A stretch of DNA of 63,603 nucleotides, filler included, from Intoshia linei (lineage: Eukaryota > Animalia > Orthonectida): assembly GCA_001642005.1 (NCBI GenBank). It is 5 parts of 5 records of this genome, joined end to end, with 100 filler letters (N's around TTAATTAATTAA, not from the genome) between each part and the next. Parts side by side here need not be neighbours in the genome. Positions count along the whole stretch, not along the records: positions 26,141 to 49,140 come from LWCA01000573.1; 4 more parts are not named here. The stretch is one strand, 5' to 3'. A program made the translations under genes and the position numbers. The notes below the pieces were generated by a model. It was not told the origin of the DNA. It searched no databases and saw only the letters and a list, made by a program, of their open reading frames with translations. This document shows, in pieces, positions 28,171-41,518 of this stretch; positions within the stretch are counted from its first letter, which is position 1; each line of letters starts with the position of its first letter.

Positions 28171-29535
28171 GTTTTACATTTAATTAAAGATAATTAATTT
28201 AAAATTTACAAGTTTAGAGGGGAAATTTTTTCATCTTTCTTCGGCTTAAAATCACATTAAAAAGAGTTGAACATCCAGATATTTAAATATTTTATTATTA
28301 ATGAAATCTTGCAAAAGCGAAAAAAATTAGAAAAAAAATTATTAATATTTCAAAAATCCCATATTTTTCTTACCACTAATAAAATTTAAAATCAAATTTA
28401 ATGATAATTAATAAAAATCCATTTCAAGCCCTCTATGTAAAAATTTCTTAATTCTACGCCAAAATAAAAAATCCTTTTCCGATATTATTTTGAAAAATTC
28501 GATTTTACCAAGCCTTTTTAGAAAAAACTCCTAATCCAACCTCAAAATAAAAAACCAATTTTACCAACTATAAAAAAAAAATCTTTTTTTACGATATTTT
28601 TTTGAACAATCCAAAAACAAAAAATTATTATTATATTTCATATTATTATATGTGTTAATCAGTAGTTTTATATTTTACACCAATTTCACAGTTATATTTG
28701 CTTGGAAAATTATCGGTCTATTATTTAGTTAATTTGGTGTATAAAAATGCATTTAAAAAAATAATTCCATGTATAAATCGTTAATACCATGTATAATTCG
28801 TGAATAATGAGTATGTAAATTAATTTACTCATTAAATAATGGATATAAACAAAAAGGTTTTCATCTGTATGGCGTCTTAAAATTTTCACATGAAACTGAC
28901 CCATGTTGGCTCTCTACGCCCTGCAATTGTATCATATACATTGTATATTAGATTAAAGTTGAAAAAAAATAATTATTTACCTTCACTTAATTTTGAAATT
29001 ACTTTCTGCAATTTTTTTTCTTCAGTTTCATCAATTTGTCCGAATTTATCATTTTTTTTTAAATTTTCATTATTGCGATTTATTTCATTTTTATATTTAT
29101 TTCTATAAGATACAATATTATATGAATAATTACTATTTTTACTGATACTCAACTGTTTCTTATAATCTGTGTATAAAACGAAAGTATCTGATAAAGTAGC
29201 GGTTAAAGATCAAAAATTAAAAACCACTATGATTTTTTGAATAGAAAATGCCTGAAAAATTATATTTTTTCCGATGACTACTTTTTCATATATTAAAAAA
29301 GATGTTTAATGAAACCGGTATTAATGTACAATTAATATGATATTGTAACATTATCTTTATTATAAACGGTGTTTCTACAGCCAATTTTTTTTTAAATTTT
29401 AGAGGTAAACGTAAAAATTTTTATTTAATCATTTCTTCCCATTCATAGGCTTTTTACAGACCGTGTATTCATTAACTGACGTGTCAAATTTTGAAATTTT
29501 ATTTTTATATCGAAAATTGATTTATAATTAATATA

Positions 29536-31422
29536 TTACCCTCCATTGACAAAAAATGAGGCTAAAGAATCAATATCATGAACGGGTGCGTCAATTTCTC
29601 GGTTTGAAACAGATTGTAAATTGTAATTAATTTTTTTGTTTTGTTTATTGGGTTGATTTTCTTTAATATTGACATCATTGTCATTTTTTTGACATTCTTT
29701 CAAATATATTGAATCGTTTTTTACAGGTTTATAGTGTTCATCATCTATCTTTAATTTTAACTTAATTTCATCAATTGTATCGTTTTTTTCGTTGTTTTTA
29801 TTTCGAATACCATTTTGAAACAAATCTCCTTTTCTATATTGCTGAAGCATTAACCTTTCTGCATAAGACAAAAACGGTTTAGTGAAATTGATTTCAATTT
29901 GTTTTGGCGATGTGCATACTGATCGTTGTATCGGTTTTTCATTGCATGATACGTTTTTCTTTTTATTTAAATTAACTAATTATTAACATAAATGTAAATA
30001 ATATAAGAATATAAATAAAAAGAAAACGGGAAAACTAGCAAAATAAACAATTTTACAATTTGTTAATACGAAAATGACATAAAATTACCAGATTTATTTA
30101 AGTCATTTTGGTACATGACGTTGAATCCTATTTTTGTACATGAATCGGTATTAATACATGAGTCTGATTTATTATCAGGTGAACTATTTTTATTATCGAT
30201 TTTTTCATTTATTTTAGAATGATTCATATCAAATTTTACCTTTTTCTAAAAAAGGATTATTTCAAATGGTAAAAAATTTACTTGAACATTTAAAAAATTT
30301 TTAACATTAGGTGTCATTATTGATGTCCCACCTTTAAGAGCTAATAATTTGAATTTTTTTGGAGTTTTGAACATCTAAAATAATTAACATGTAAATAATA
30401 TTATTATAATCTTACTTATATATGCTTTGCAATATTTGTTTATCTGTGTGTGTTACCGTTTATTTCAATAACTACCAGTTTAGAATTTTATAAAGTCCAC
30501 ATTTTAATTACAGTTTTTTTCGAGGGTGTTAACAAAATAAATTTCATCTTTTAAAATTCACATCTTACAAGTCAAAAAGCCCAATTGTCCTATTTTTGAA
30601 AATCAAACGAGTTCGAGAATTTAACAAAATATACACTCTCACGGATTTTAAAATCATAAATTTAAATTTAAAAAAAATATATCTTCAGGGTCAAAACCCC
30701 AAATTACCCTTTTTTAAATGAAAACAGCCCTAGAATTTAAAAAAATTTCAATCTGAATAAGTGATGTCTTCACGGTCAAAAAAACATTTTAGTATCCATA
30801 TATTTTTTTTCCGAAATATTTTATTAAAACAAAAAATGTGAAATCATTAAATGTTCGAAAATTAAAAAAAAAATTATTCTGATAGAGCGTATTCCAGTTG
30901 ATATAAATACAAAATTTTAACCACAGAAATCTACTCTTCTCGGTGAAAAATAATTTTTAATATATTATCAATTAATATTTTTCAAATATTTCGAATTATC
31001 TAATATATCTTAATAATGTAAGTTATAATAAAAATTGAATATGTAAATATTGATCCTACAATTTTAAAAAAAATGTGCATTGAATATGGGTGAAAATCTA
31101 TATAATTAATTCCTTTCGAATTTTTTTCATTGCTACGCAATTTTTCATTTATTAACCCGTGTAGGGCTCTTATAGTATCACCATTAAAATATACTACATT
31201 TATGACACATTATTGTCTACCTTGAAGAGTTTTTGAGTGTCTAGTATTTCCGCGTTTTTATTTGAAAGGCAGGTTGATGATTTTTTTTTCATTTTTGTTT
31301 TTTTAATCTTATCAATGTTTTGCAATTTAAATAATTTTAAACGCTTTTCCATTTTCTTGGCATCTTTAGATAAGCGAATATTTTCATGTTTCACATTTGC
31401 CAAGTCTACACAAACGTTTTTC
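29536..31422 (-). CDS. ZBBX: ZBBX-like protein (exons 31221-31422, 30282-30374, 30089-30245, ~29536-29975); both ends uncertain
   Basis: In-frame GT-AG exon chain with four blocks collinear with ZBBX as I recall it: coiled coil KHENIRLSKDAKKMEKRLKLFK, KKFKLLALK, IEINFTKPFLSYAERLMLQQYRK (cf. [21 protein letters not shown]) and LQSVSNR...SLASFFV (cf. LQEIACR...GLERFFI). Confidence 0.6.
30410..31150 (+). mobile_element. Helitron family copy in ZBBX-like intron
   Basis: Starts A|TCTTACTTATA and is a reverse-complement match to ~45720-46546. Confidence 0.8.
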
Positions 31423-33439
31423 CTGTTAATTTAAACAATATAAAATGATTTAATTTGTATAGAAATGGTTCTCAACCTTGATTTGTCTCATTTAAACTTA
31501 TCTTAAATCTACGGTGAAATGAAAATTTAGGATATTATAGATGTACTTAGTTTAATTTTTTATTACGTTTATTTTTACTGATCGCCGACAAAATTAAAAA
31601 TTAGGTAACGATACCTGAAATAACCGATAGTAGCGTATTTTTTCTTTCATTATAAATTCATAACATTTTATTATTAAATCTGATTCATAATTCAAAATCA
31701 TATTCAACACCCCACAATAATTTTTTTTTCATATCTTTCATAAAATTAATAATGATTAATAAAACTCTGAAAAAAAAAATTCACAGGTATGATATAATTT
31801 TTGATTTAAATGTATAAAATTACTTTGAAAAATTCATTATTCACAATAGATTAAAATATTTACTGAGCATTTGTTAAAAATTGAGAATCCTATGTAACTA
31901 CATTATTTATTATTTGTTGATTTTGTTAAGATACATATTTAAGCATAACCGCTGCAATTTCAATAAATATAAATGAATATTACAGGTTTATAGATTTTTG
32001 AGATAATTTTAAAATGTAATACTTATAGTTAGTAAACTTGGTCAAATCTTTTATAATCATAAACTCTTTCTAATATGCCACTATTTAGGCATCAATGTAT
32101 GTCATTGTTTTTAAAATTTTACCACATTAGACAGAAAAAATCTCATTGTAATTTTCACATACCTAAAGAAGAAATAAAATTTTAGGACACAAGTTGATTT
32201 TTAAAATATTTTCAATCCTATTAATAAATGAAATATTAAATAACAATATATAATTTAACATAAACCATTCAATAAATTTATATTTAACCATGATTTTGAG
32301 GTAAAATGATATGTATAATCTTTAAAATTAAATTCTGATTCATTAATATTGAATAATAGTATAGTATATATTAGATTTAAAAATTATAAATGTACAATAA
32401 TGTATAATGCATATTTACATTATTTAAATTTACTAGTGTTACATTTACATTAATGTATTAATATGTAATATCTGTCAACTTAAAATTAGGATTTTTAGTT
32501 AAAGTTGGAATATATACCTATATTAAAATAGAAAATTGGAGTCAATACTATCAACAATGTTAATTATTATTGTCTGTGATTAATGAATAAAATTATAAAA
32601 ACAACAATTATTTTTAATGTCATTTTCTCTATAATTTATAATGCATTATAATATTTATAAGTAAGTAATATTACATATTATTTTTAAGTAATAGCTTCGT
32701 AGAATAAAATACTATACCATGTATTATAATCAAGTGTAGTTACTTTTCTGGTACTAGCAAATTTTTTTAAATAAATGAATGACTAATTTGTAAAATGTAA
32801 ACTAAATCCAATGACGTTTTTTAGTATCAAAAATTTTTAATATTTAGAATTAAGTACTCAGAAAAAGGGATTTTTACTTCATGGTTGATAAAATTTTGGT
32901 TTTTTATTTTGTGGTTGGATTAAGAGTTTTTTCTCGTAAGGTTTGGTAAAATTCGATTTTGTTCGGGGGTGGATTAAAAATTTTATTAATGGTGGGATAA
33001 AAGTAGGATTTTAGAAATAATAATTTAGCGGTCGTTTAGGCTTTAGGATAAAATCCCAACATCTGGCAACTCTGCAATAATGTATTTTACAAAAATAAAC
33101 ATTTTAATTTTGATGGTAATATAACCAAAAATGCTGGTAACACCTTTGATTATAATTATAATACATGATAATTATCACTGAATGAATTTAAATGATAGTG
33201 ATTTAAGATGATAATAATGGCTGAATATTACTTATATGAAAGGAAATGACCTGCAAATATAGGTTAAATGGAAAGAAAATCAAAATATTTTCATTTTATT
33301 GTTTATAACAAATTCCTCGTTAACGGAATGGCATTTTTTTCAGGCCAAATTTTTTGTTAAAGGAGAATTAGCCTGTTTGTTCTGAATTGTAATTTTAATG
33401 TTTTTGATAAAAAAAATTTATTACACAAGGATACAAGTT

Positions 33440-36400
33440 TTAAAATTTATTGGATAGAATGTAATTCGTTACATTCACCATTTTGCATTTTTCAGATATA
33501 ATTTTCAAAGCATCACGTTGTTTTTCCTTATCCACTTTATTACGCCAATAATTTATGGAATTGACAAACTGAGATACAAATTTATTAAAAATAATCATAA
33601 TTATAATTGATCAATGATAATAACAAAGAATACAATGTAGTTTCTTAAATGCCCAGAGCGGTGGTTTTGTATCTTTTTGGGTTTGAGAGCCTTTTAAATT
33701 TTTTTAAATTGGGTTATTTACTTTTACTCAACTTCTACTACATAATTTCGGTTCCATTTCCATTGAGTTATTTATTCATTTTCCGGTAGAAAAATTTGTA
33801 GAATACATTCAAAAATATTAATAGGTATTTAAATGTATAACTTAAAACTTATATCAAGAAATGAACCAATTTTATTTTTTTTATTGTATATAGTGTAGAC
33901 AAGCACGGCACAATACGACCCATTTTCATATTATAAATAATAAAAAGTAATTCAAGTAGTTGGATTTTATGAAATAAAATTAAAACATGAAATTATCAAT
34001 AATTTGAAATGTACTTTTTTTATAAAGAAATAAATAGATTTTCTGAATTTTCAGGGATTTAAATTCTGTCAACCATCCATCATTCTTTTATAAAACCACA
34101 ACTCCAGAGGATATTATTTATATTTAAGAAATATCAAGTTTAACGTATAATAGTTTAAGTAATAATTTAGAGTCAAAAAAATAAAAATACCCTATCATCG
34201 TTATTTTGACCTGCATTTGAAATATTTTTCATTTCTTTAGACGAAATTTCCATAAATCGTGCCATTTTTTTCCAATCATATGATCGCATTATTGGAATCA
34301 AATTTTTCACATCTCGACCAGTTATGCTTTTCTGTTCCACCTGTTTGTCAACTTCAATCTAAATTTAATTCACAAAAAATTATAATTTTTGTAATCAAAA
34401 TATAAAAAAAGAAATGCAGTGATAATACAAAATGTATTAAATTTATCGCGCCATAAATTTTTAAAAATCACAGGCAATATTTGAAAAATTTTTTATTTCT
34501 TTACAACTGTGTACTTTATTATTAGCGCCATTCATAATAACAACTACCATAACAGGTAATATTATATTTATAAACTATTATATCATAATTTATATAATTT
34601 ATATAATTTACATAATTTACAGTTAATGTTTTTATAAATTTCTTCATGACAAAATGATTTAAGTTAAATTTATATGAACATTAATCTTGTATCCCATTCA
34701 AATTAAATAAACTACAATAATGACCAAGAATTCAAAACACGTACGTAATAGAGTAAGTATATACAAATTATCATACATATGTGTATTTAGGAAATATGAC
34801 AAATGCACAAACTACTAATGAATCTAATATGAATGAAAAATGTAAAGTATTATTAGTAATTACTCATAATTTAGGAATACTAATTAAAATAATGTTGAAT
34901 AAATTTTAATAATGATTTACCTGTAATTTTTTAAAAAGTTTATTGGCCTCTAAGGCAATTCCAGGTGGTATAACTTCAAATTTAGTATATTTTTTTATAA
35001 TAGTTTGATCGATAGACTTACAAACTTCCAAATATTCATTCTTGTTTAGAACTATTTTTTAATTAATACAGAAAAATGAAAATGGCGCACAATGTCTACT
35101 GAATTGAGTAAATCTTTGGGCAATCAAGATTCAGATAAATGATACCACAAAATATGTTTTGATATACAATGTGTATTGTAAATACAGGTTAATTCCTCGT
35201 TAACGGAATAATTGGTCCTGAATTTTTTATAAAAAGGTTTACATTATAACAGTGGTTTGCGATTGGAGTCCAAAATTATATGCCTGGGGCCCGTGAGATT
35301 CAAATAAAATATAGAAACATTTTGATGAACTTTTTTTTATTTTTATAGGAGAATTTTTAATATTTATTACAGAGATTCTAGATGTTGATTATCCCAAATC
35401 ATAGACGACCGCTACAATATTATTTCAAAAATCCCATTTTTTCCCACCATTAAAATTTCAAGAAATTTCAAGCTCTCAGGGAAAATTTACTTTTACCGAT
35501 ATTTTTTAAAAAAATTTTATTTTACGAAACCTGATAAAAAAAAATCATTTTTTTCCAATATTTTTTTGAAAAATCCGATTTTACTAAATTTTATAAGCAA
35601 CAACTTGCTAATCCAAAACCCAAAATAAAAAATGAAATTTTAAGAAACCTAATGAAAAAAATCCTAAAAATGAAAAATCCAATTTTATCATTCTAAATAA
35701 AAAAATTATATGATGAAAAACATTTTATTTTTTAATCAAAGTTTTATATTTCATGTTTCCCTTGGAGTCCAAAAAAATAAATATTTTTAAATGGGGGTTC
35801 GTACACTATTTGAACTGGGAACCTGCATTAAAAAAATGAAAAAATTTTGATTTTCATTCAACTTAACCTATATTTACAGGTCATTGAAATTCAATAATTA
35901 ATTATCAACCATTATTATCATTAATCAAGAAAAAAATAAAATGTTTTCCACATCTAAAGCTTTTTATTTGAACCGAAAAAGCTTTATTAATTAAATTAAA
36001 TTATTAATTATGATGCTAGTCATTTTAAGTTAAAATTTAACGGAATTTTTGTACTTTAGAAAAATTCACAGTCCGATAATCAGGATTTTTTTCCGTTAAC
36101 ATTAGTGGAATTAGCTTATATTTAAATAGACAACATAAAACGAATAAACCAGTGAAAAAATTATTGCCCAAACAAATGAATTACTGTCATCACATTCGTG
36201 TGCTGCTTGATTGGTAAAAAGTTTTTTTTCACTCTAAAATTATTAAAATTATTTTATTTTTAAAATTTCCAACTTCAGTTTTTTTTGGGTACAAAACATT
36301 AACCATAACGCCTATTGATTTTTCATCGATAACTTTTGCATTATTCCAGAAATGAAATAAACCTTCCATAATCTGATCAGAATTAGAATTTTCCAGCCAA

Positions 36401-37198
36401 TAAAAAAAATTGCAAAATGTTGAAAAATAAACATTTCCATCTGGTGATTTTAGAGCTGTTAAAATCTAAATATAATTAATAATATTCAATATTTGAATAT
36501 TTTATACATTTTTTATGAATTTATGGTTTGCATATTTTTTATGAGTTTCCAATTTAATAAATCCATCTTTATTCACACCAAGTTGCTGGAAACGCAGCCA
36601 CAATCTCTCCACTTCTACAATTGCTACTAAATTTTTTATTATATTAATTCTCTAATAAATTAAAAAAATGGGATCACAAAATTGTTTTTAAAATTCTTTT
36701 CTCATATGCTAAAATAAAATTAAGTGGGAATAATTCACTTCAAATTAAAAGGTAATGTGAAATTACCGGTTGTGATAAAACAAGTTAAGAAACCACTACT
36801 TTAAAGGATTTGTAACAGTGAATATTAGCATTTTTAAGTTAGATTTTCCTATTGAATATATTTTTTTGGTATAATTAAAAATCTCCGCTTTCGGCATAGC
36901 TAGGTGCTGTCTGTACGTATTACATAACAGTCAACCTAGTAGTATATAATTATATAATGTAGAGTGGAGCGTTGATGAATTTTTTGGTTGTAAAGCTAAA
37001 TTTTTATAGCAAGTTTGAGATCTACTGAGATATCAAAAAAATATATTGCTAAAAAAAGGTCGGTAGACAAAATCAGTTTGGGAATCCCTGATATACATTA
37101 CATTAATTATATTTATGTATCCGTTTTTTTAAATCTTCCTTAATACCTTGACACGTAGTGTATTACAAAATGAATCTAAATACTTTGATATTTTGCGA
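33440..37198 (-). CDS. Calcineurin-B/CHP-like EF-hand protein with C-terminal Death domain (exons ~37167-37198, 36508-36623, 36274-36465, 36185-36233, 34921-35051, 34191-34358, 33440-33568); start exon unresolved
   Basis: Seven phase-compatible GT-AG exons give FSIVEVERLWLRFQQLGVNKDGFIK...SPDGNVYFSTFCNFF (CHP/CNB-like EF1-EF2), later ECDDILNKNEYLEVC, then YDWKKMARFMEISSKEMKNISNAGQNNDDRFVNSINYWRNKVDKEKQRDALKIISEKCKMVNVTNYIL (Death-domain pattern). None of this appears in the ORF track. Confidence 0.75.
36640..36938 (+). mobile_element. Helitron 3' end in intron of the EF-hand/Death-domain gene
   Basis: Same 3' consensus: ...tcggcatagctaggtgctgtctgtacgtattACATAACAGTCAACCTAG|T. Confidence 0.78.
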
Positions 37199-37652
37199 CT
37201 TTAAAGTTGCGATTTATGATATTATTAGAAACTTGTTATTATTGATTAGACAGTTGGAAATGTTTAATATTAACCGTGTTTAATTTTTATTTGAATTTAT
37301 GATGAGGGGGGGGTTTATTTGGAGCTTACCCGGCTTACTTAGTAAAAAAGAATGTTCAAATATCCACTGTAATTATTTTGTTTAAGAAAAAATGTGTAAG
37401 TAGATCATGGGGAAAGAAATTTTGTCACTATAAATCTTCTTCCGTATAGTATACTATTAGTATCACATGAATGTTTGATACATTGATTTTAAATTATACC
37501 CATAGTAATTTAAAATGATTTTAGTATCTAATAATTTGCTTGTCAAATAAATATTAATAAATAACTATAAAATAAATACTACAATAACCGAAATTTGGTA
37601 AATAAAAATAAATTACATTGAAAAACTAATAAAATAAAGTTGTCTAAACTAA

Positions 37653-38361
37653 ATGAACAAAGAACCATCTTCGAACATGGATGAGAAGAAACCTTTTGCA
37701 AACTACGTAAAATCACAAGTAAATGGAGAATTTAAAATGGAAAAAGACAAACAAGACAGTAACAACTGCAATTTTTGTCACCATTGTGGTGCCACGGTGT
37801 CTAGTTTGAGTAAACCTTGCGAAAACACAAAAACGACATGGTACGATGACGGAACATCGTCCACCTCTGTAATCAATAACCAATCTTGCCTTTTCGATGA
37901 CGCAAAAAACATAAAACCTGCAAATGATATCAAAGTGCCAAAAGGCAAAAACGGTAAACCCAATAAACAACCAATAGCCATTACCAAACTAAAAGAAAAC
38001 CAAGATATCAAAGAATGTCGAATATGCGAAGTATATCGAATAAAACGCATAAAAAACAACAACTCTGTTAGAAAATGTCGCAACAAGACAAAAGTGATTG
38101 ATCTAAAAAAGACTGAAATTTTAAAAAAACTATGCTCAGAAAAAAATGATTTTGAAATGCAATTAGACAAAGCCATTTCCGAAATGAAACGGTATTGGTA
38201 ATATATTAATATATTTAACCTATATTTTTAGAATGCATGAAATGTGTATTTCCTATGGGTACGATTTACCAAAAAACATTGTTACAGATATCGATACTTT
38301 GCTCAACGAATTCAATCCCAATCATAATGACCCTACTTACAACCCAAAATACGATAAATAA
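37653..38361 (+). CDS. C/EBP-family bZIP transcription factor (exons 37653-38191, 38232-38361)
   Basis: Basic region EVYRIKRIKNNNSVRKCRNKTK resembles C/EBP EYRxRRERNNIAVRKSRxKxK and is followed by a degenerate zipper. A 40-nt intron (38192-38231) extends the frame to ...MHEMCISYGYDLPKN...PKYDK*. Confidence 0.75.
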
Positions 38362-38536
38362 ATATACATCCAGTAATTTCTGTATGCTTTGTGATCCAAT
38401 TGGATTGCAAAGAATCATTTTCCTTGTTGAGTTTATCGGTATGTTTGTATTGAAACTTCGTAGCAAAATTACCCATAATATGTTTACGTAAATAACTATG
38501 ACTAGAATAAACATACAAAATATTTAATGGGACATT

Positions 38537-41518
38537 TTATGGATGTGTAAATTCAATGTCTTTTTTAGGTTCAAGTATTACAGCTTTCACGGGATTAGTA
38601 TTTTCACCTTGTGGATTATCAATGTTTATAGAGAGAGAATGTTTAAATTCCGGATACGTCGTTGAAATGGGAACAAATGTAGAAGAGGGAGAGAGAACGT
38701 TGTGTTTGACTTTAGGCATAGTACATGACGTGGTAGCTAGAGATGAATTTGATCGCATTCGTAAGGATTGAGTATTGTAAGGTTTATGAGTAGTTGAAAG
38801 TGAAGACCTTGTAATTGGAGACTCTCTCAATTTCATTCTTGTATCTTCATCCAAATCAATAGACGACTCACTTTCCGATAATTGTCTGTACAGTTGTTCG
38901 TTTCTCAAACATTCACAATTTAACTTGCGTTGTAATTTTGAATTTTCCTTTTCATATTTCATCATTATTTTTTCATTTTGATACCTAGAGTTGGCTAGAT
39001 CGTTTGATAAAGTTTTTACCTTTTTGATCAAAAGAGAAATTTGGTGCTTTAGCACTTTTATATGGTACTTTGGGTTTGACGCTTCTCCTTCATCTTTAGC
39101 AAGATGGTGTAAAACCGAAGATATTTCCAAATTTGTTGTACCACAACTATCGCCTTTAGAAGCTTCCAAAATGTTTACTTCTTCTTGTAGTATTTCTTCA
39201 TTGTCATGCTCAAATTGCATAGGGTTAATTAGCATTTTATTGTCCAGTTGATGTTGTAAAATACGCTTGTCGGTTTCCAGTTGGTCCAATTGTTTCCACA
39301 GCCGATTGACTAAAGATTCTTGTTCATTTTCTAAAGCATTTTCAAGTTCTCCTCTTTCAATCTTTTGTCTATTAATTGACGTCTGTTTCAAAAACATTTC
39401 ATGTTCCAATTTAGAAATTGTCTTTTCCATTTTTTCAATTTTATTAACTTGTTGATTTTCGATTGTTTTTTCTAATTCAATCTAAAGTTTCTGATAAATT
39501 GGTATACCGGTTTTTCCACCACTTTTAGTATCTTTTCAATTCAAATATACAAAGAGGTAGAAAATTTATATTTTTAAAATAACCTTTTCATTTCTCAATT
39601 GAGTGCATTGACGGTTTAATGTATTGGTCAAAAATTCTTCTTCCTAAATTCTTAAATGATGGAATAATAATTAATAAAATCCATTAATTTTCCTTGAGGG
39701 CTACACTTTAGTGAAGAGTCTATATCTAGAACATTATAGCCCATTAACCATCAAAATTAGTAATCTATATTTAAAATATGACATTCATCATTGAGCGGCG
39801 AATTCCAAAGTATGGCCTGACATTATTAAAATTACCATTTAAAAATCTAGATTACATATAATAATTAAAAGCTCATTTTACATGAAAAATATATTTATTG
39901 GAATTTGGTGGAATAGTCAATTATCTTAATCAATAATACTCAAAAAAATAAAAAGTAACACTTAAGATTTCCAAAAATTAATTAAAAAATACTCTGCAAT
40001 GTTAAAAATTTTAGGACAATTAACAAACGGAATGGAAATTGCTTTTTCCTAAGATTACATGGATTAATTTATTAATTAATGATTTATTTACCTTCTCGCA
40101 ATTTTTTGCTAGAGCTTCCTTTTCCTTTTTTAAATTGTGAATTTTTTTCAACAATGAGTTTGTTATAAATTCTTCCTCTGTTTCAGCGCGAGCCTAAATT
40201 ATCATTTTAACAAAAATAATAATAAAACAAATACATTTATGTTAATGACATAGTAATAATCATAATAATGTCCAATTTTTTATGAAAATTCCTTTTTCAT
40301 GTGGACATTTACATTTTGAAAACAAATGGTAATTTGGTTTTTGACCATGAAGGTGTGCGTCTCTGAGGATGAGATTTACTACAATGTTAATGATTTTAAA
40401 ATGCGGCCCAGAATATATATTTTTTAAAAATTTTAGGCTGATTTTATTTTTCAAAAAAAAGGGGAAATGTTTTTCATCCTGCAAGACTCAATTTCGGAAA
40501 ATGAAAAACATAATCATCACCCGTGAAAATTTTGAAAACGTACATTCAATTTTTATACAACAATTAAAACAGTGTTTCCCGATTCAAATAGTGTACGGAC
40601 CCCCATTTCAAAATAATTATTTTTTTGGACCTCAAAAAAAACATGAAATGTAAAAAATTTAAAAAAATATTTTCATGTTTTTTCTTTAAAGATTTAGTAA
40701 AATTGGATTAGGAAGTTGTTGCTCATAAGATTTGATAAAATCGTAAAAAAATTTTCAAAAAAATTTGGTAAAAGGGGATTTTTCTCTTAAAGGTTTAAAA
40801 TGGTATTTTTTATTACATTTTATTAATGGAATGAAATTGGGATTTTTGAAATAATAATGTACCGGTCATGTAGGCTTTGGGATAAATTTCAAACATCTGT
40901 CAAATCTGTAATAAATATTAAAAATTCTCCTATAACAATTAACAAAAGTTGATTAAAGTGGATAAGTTGAATAAAATACGGAAATAATTTTTTAACGTCC
41001 TAATGAAAAATGTACTGCTATAAAATTAAAAAAAATTTTTTTTTTGATATCTAGATCTATAAACTATATACATTTTCGTGGCCATGGTTCTCTAATATTC
41101 TCAAAATCTTCATGAACCTAATATTTTCCATAAACTCTCTAGTATCCATATGTACAATTTACACCTTTGACGATTCCTGTTGTACATAGTACCTAAGTAA
41201 TCCCATGAGTACATGAACATTCCTATTCCAAAAAAGTTTACATCTTGGAAAATATCAGTATTATATAGATAAAATAAAATGTAACTTAATTTACAATTTT
41301 TAATAAAAGTAATTTTACCTGCATAATAACATTTGATCGTTTAAGTTCAGAATTTTCGTTTCTAAAAAATAAATGTAAAAGTAAAATGAAAATTACCGTA
41401 AAGAAATATATTTCTGTTTATATTCATTTAATTGAATTTGCAACATTTCCATTTTAAGTCGATATGAGCAGGTTGAACCACAACAGCTTTCAACAGAACT
41501 AGAAGGTATATCTGCCAT
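38537..41518 (-). CDS. CCDC6: Coiled-coil domain-containing protein 6, multi-exon
   Basis: MAD start, NVIMQ|[18 protein letters not shown]...[48 protein letters not shown] and [17 protein letters not shown] are all characteristic CCDC6 motifs. Confidence 0.92.
40570..40960 (+). repeat. Abundant hAT-like MITE family (CAGTG.TTCCCGATTCAA.TAGTG...); other copies at ~8417-8760 (+), ~35250-35826 (-), fragments ~5570-5760, ~28350-28620, ~32830-33080
   Basis: Shared terminus and internal degenerate repeats such as ggtaaaattggatt and gtgggataaaagtgggattt. Confidence 0.7.

Noticed and set aside
37713-39455. Multiple overlapping opposite-strand ORFs over the bZIP and CCDC6 genes
   Set aside because: Typical shadow ORFs of real, less AT-rich exons. 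They show no recognisable motifs or splice structure.
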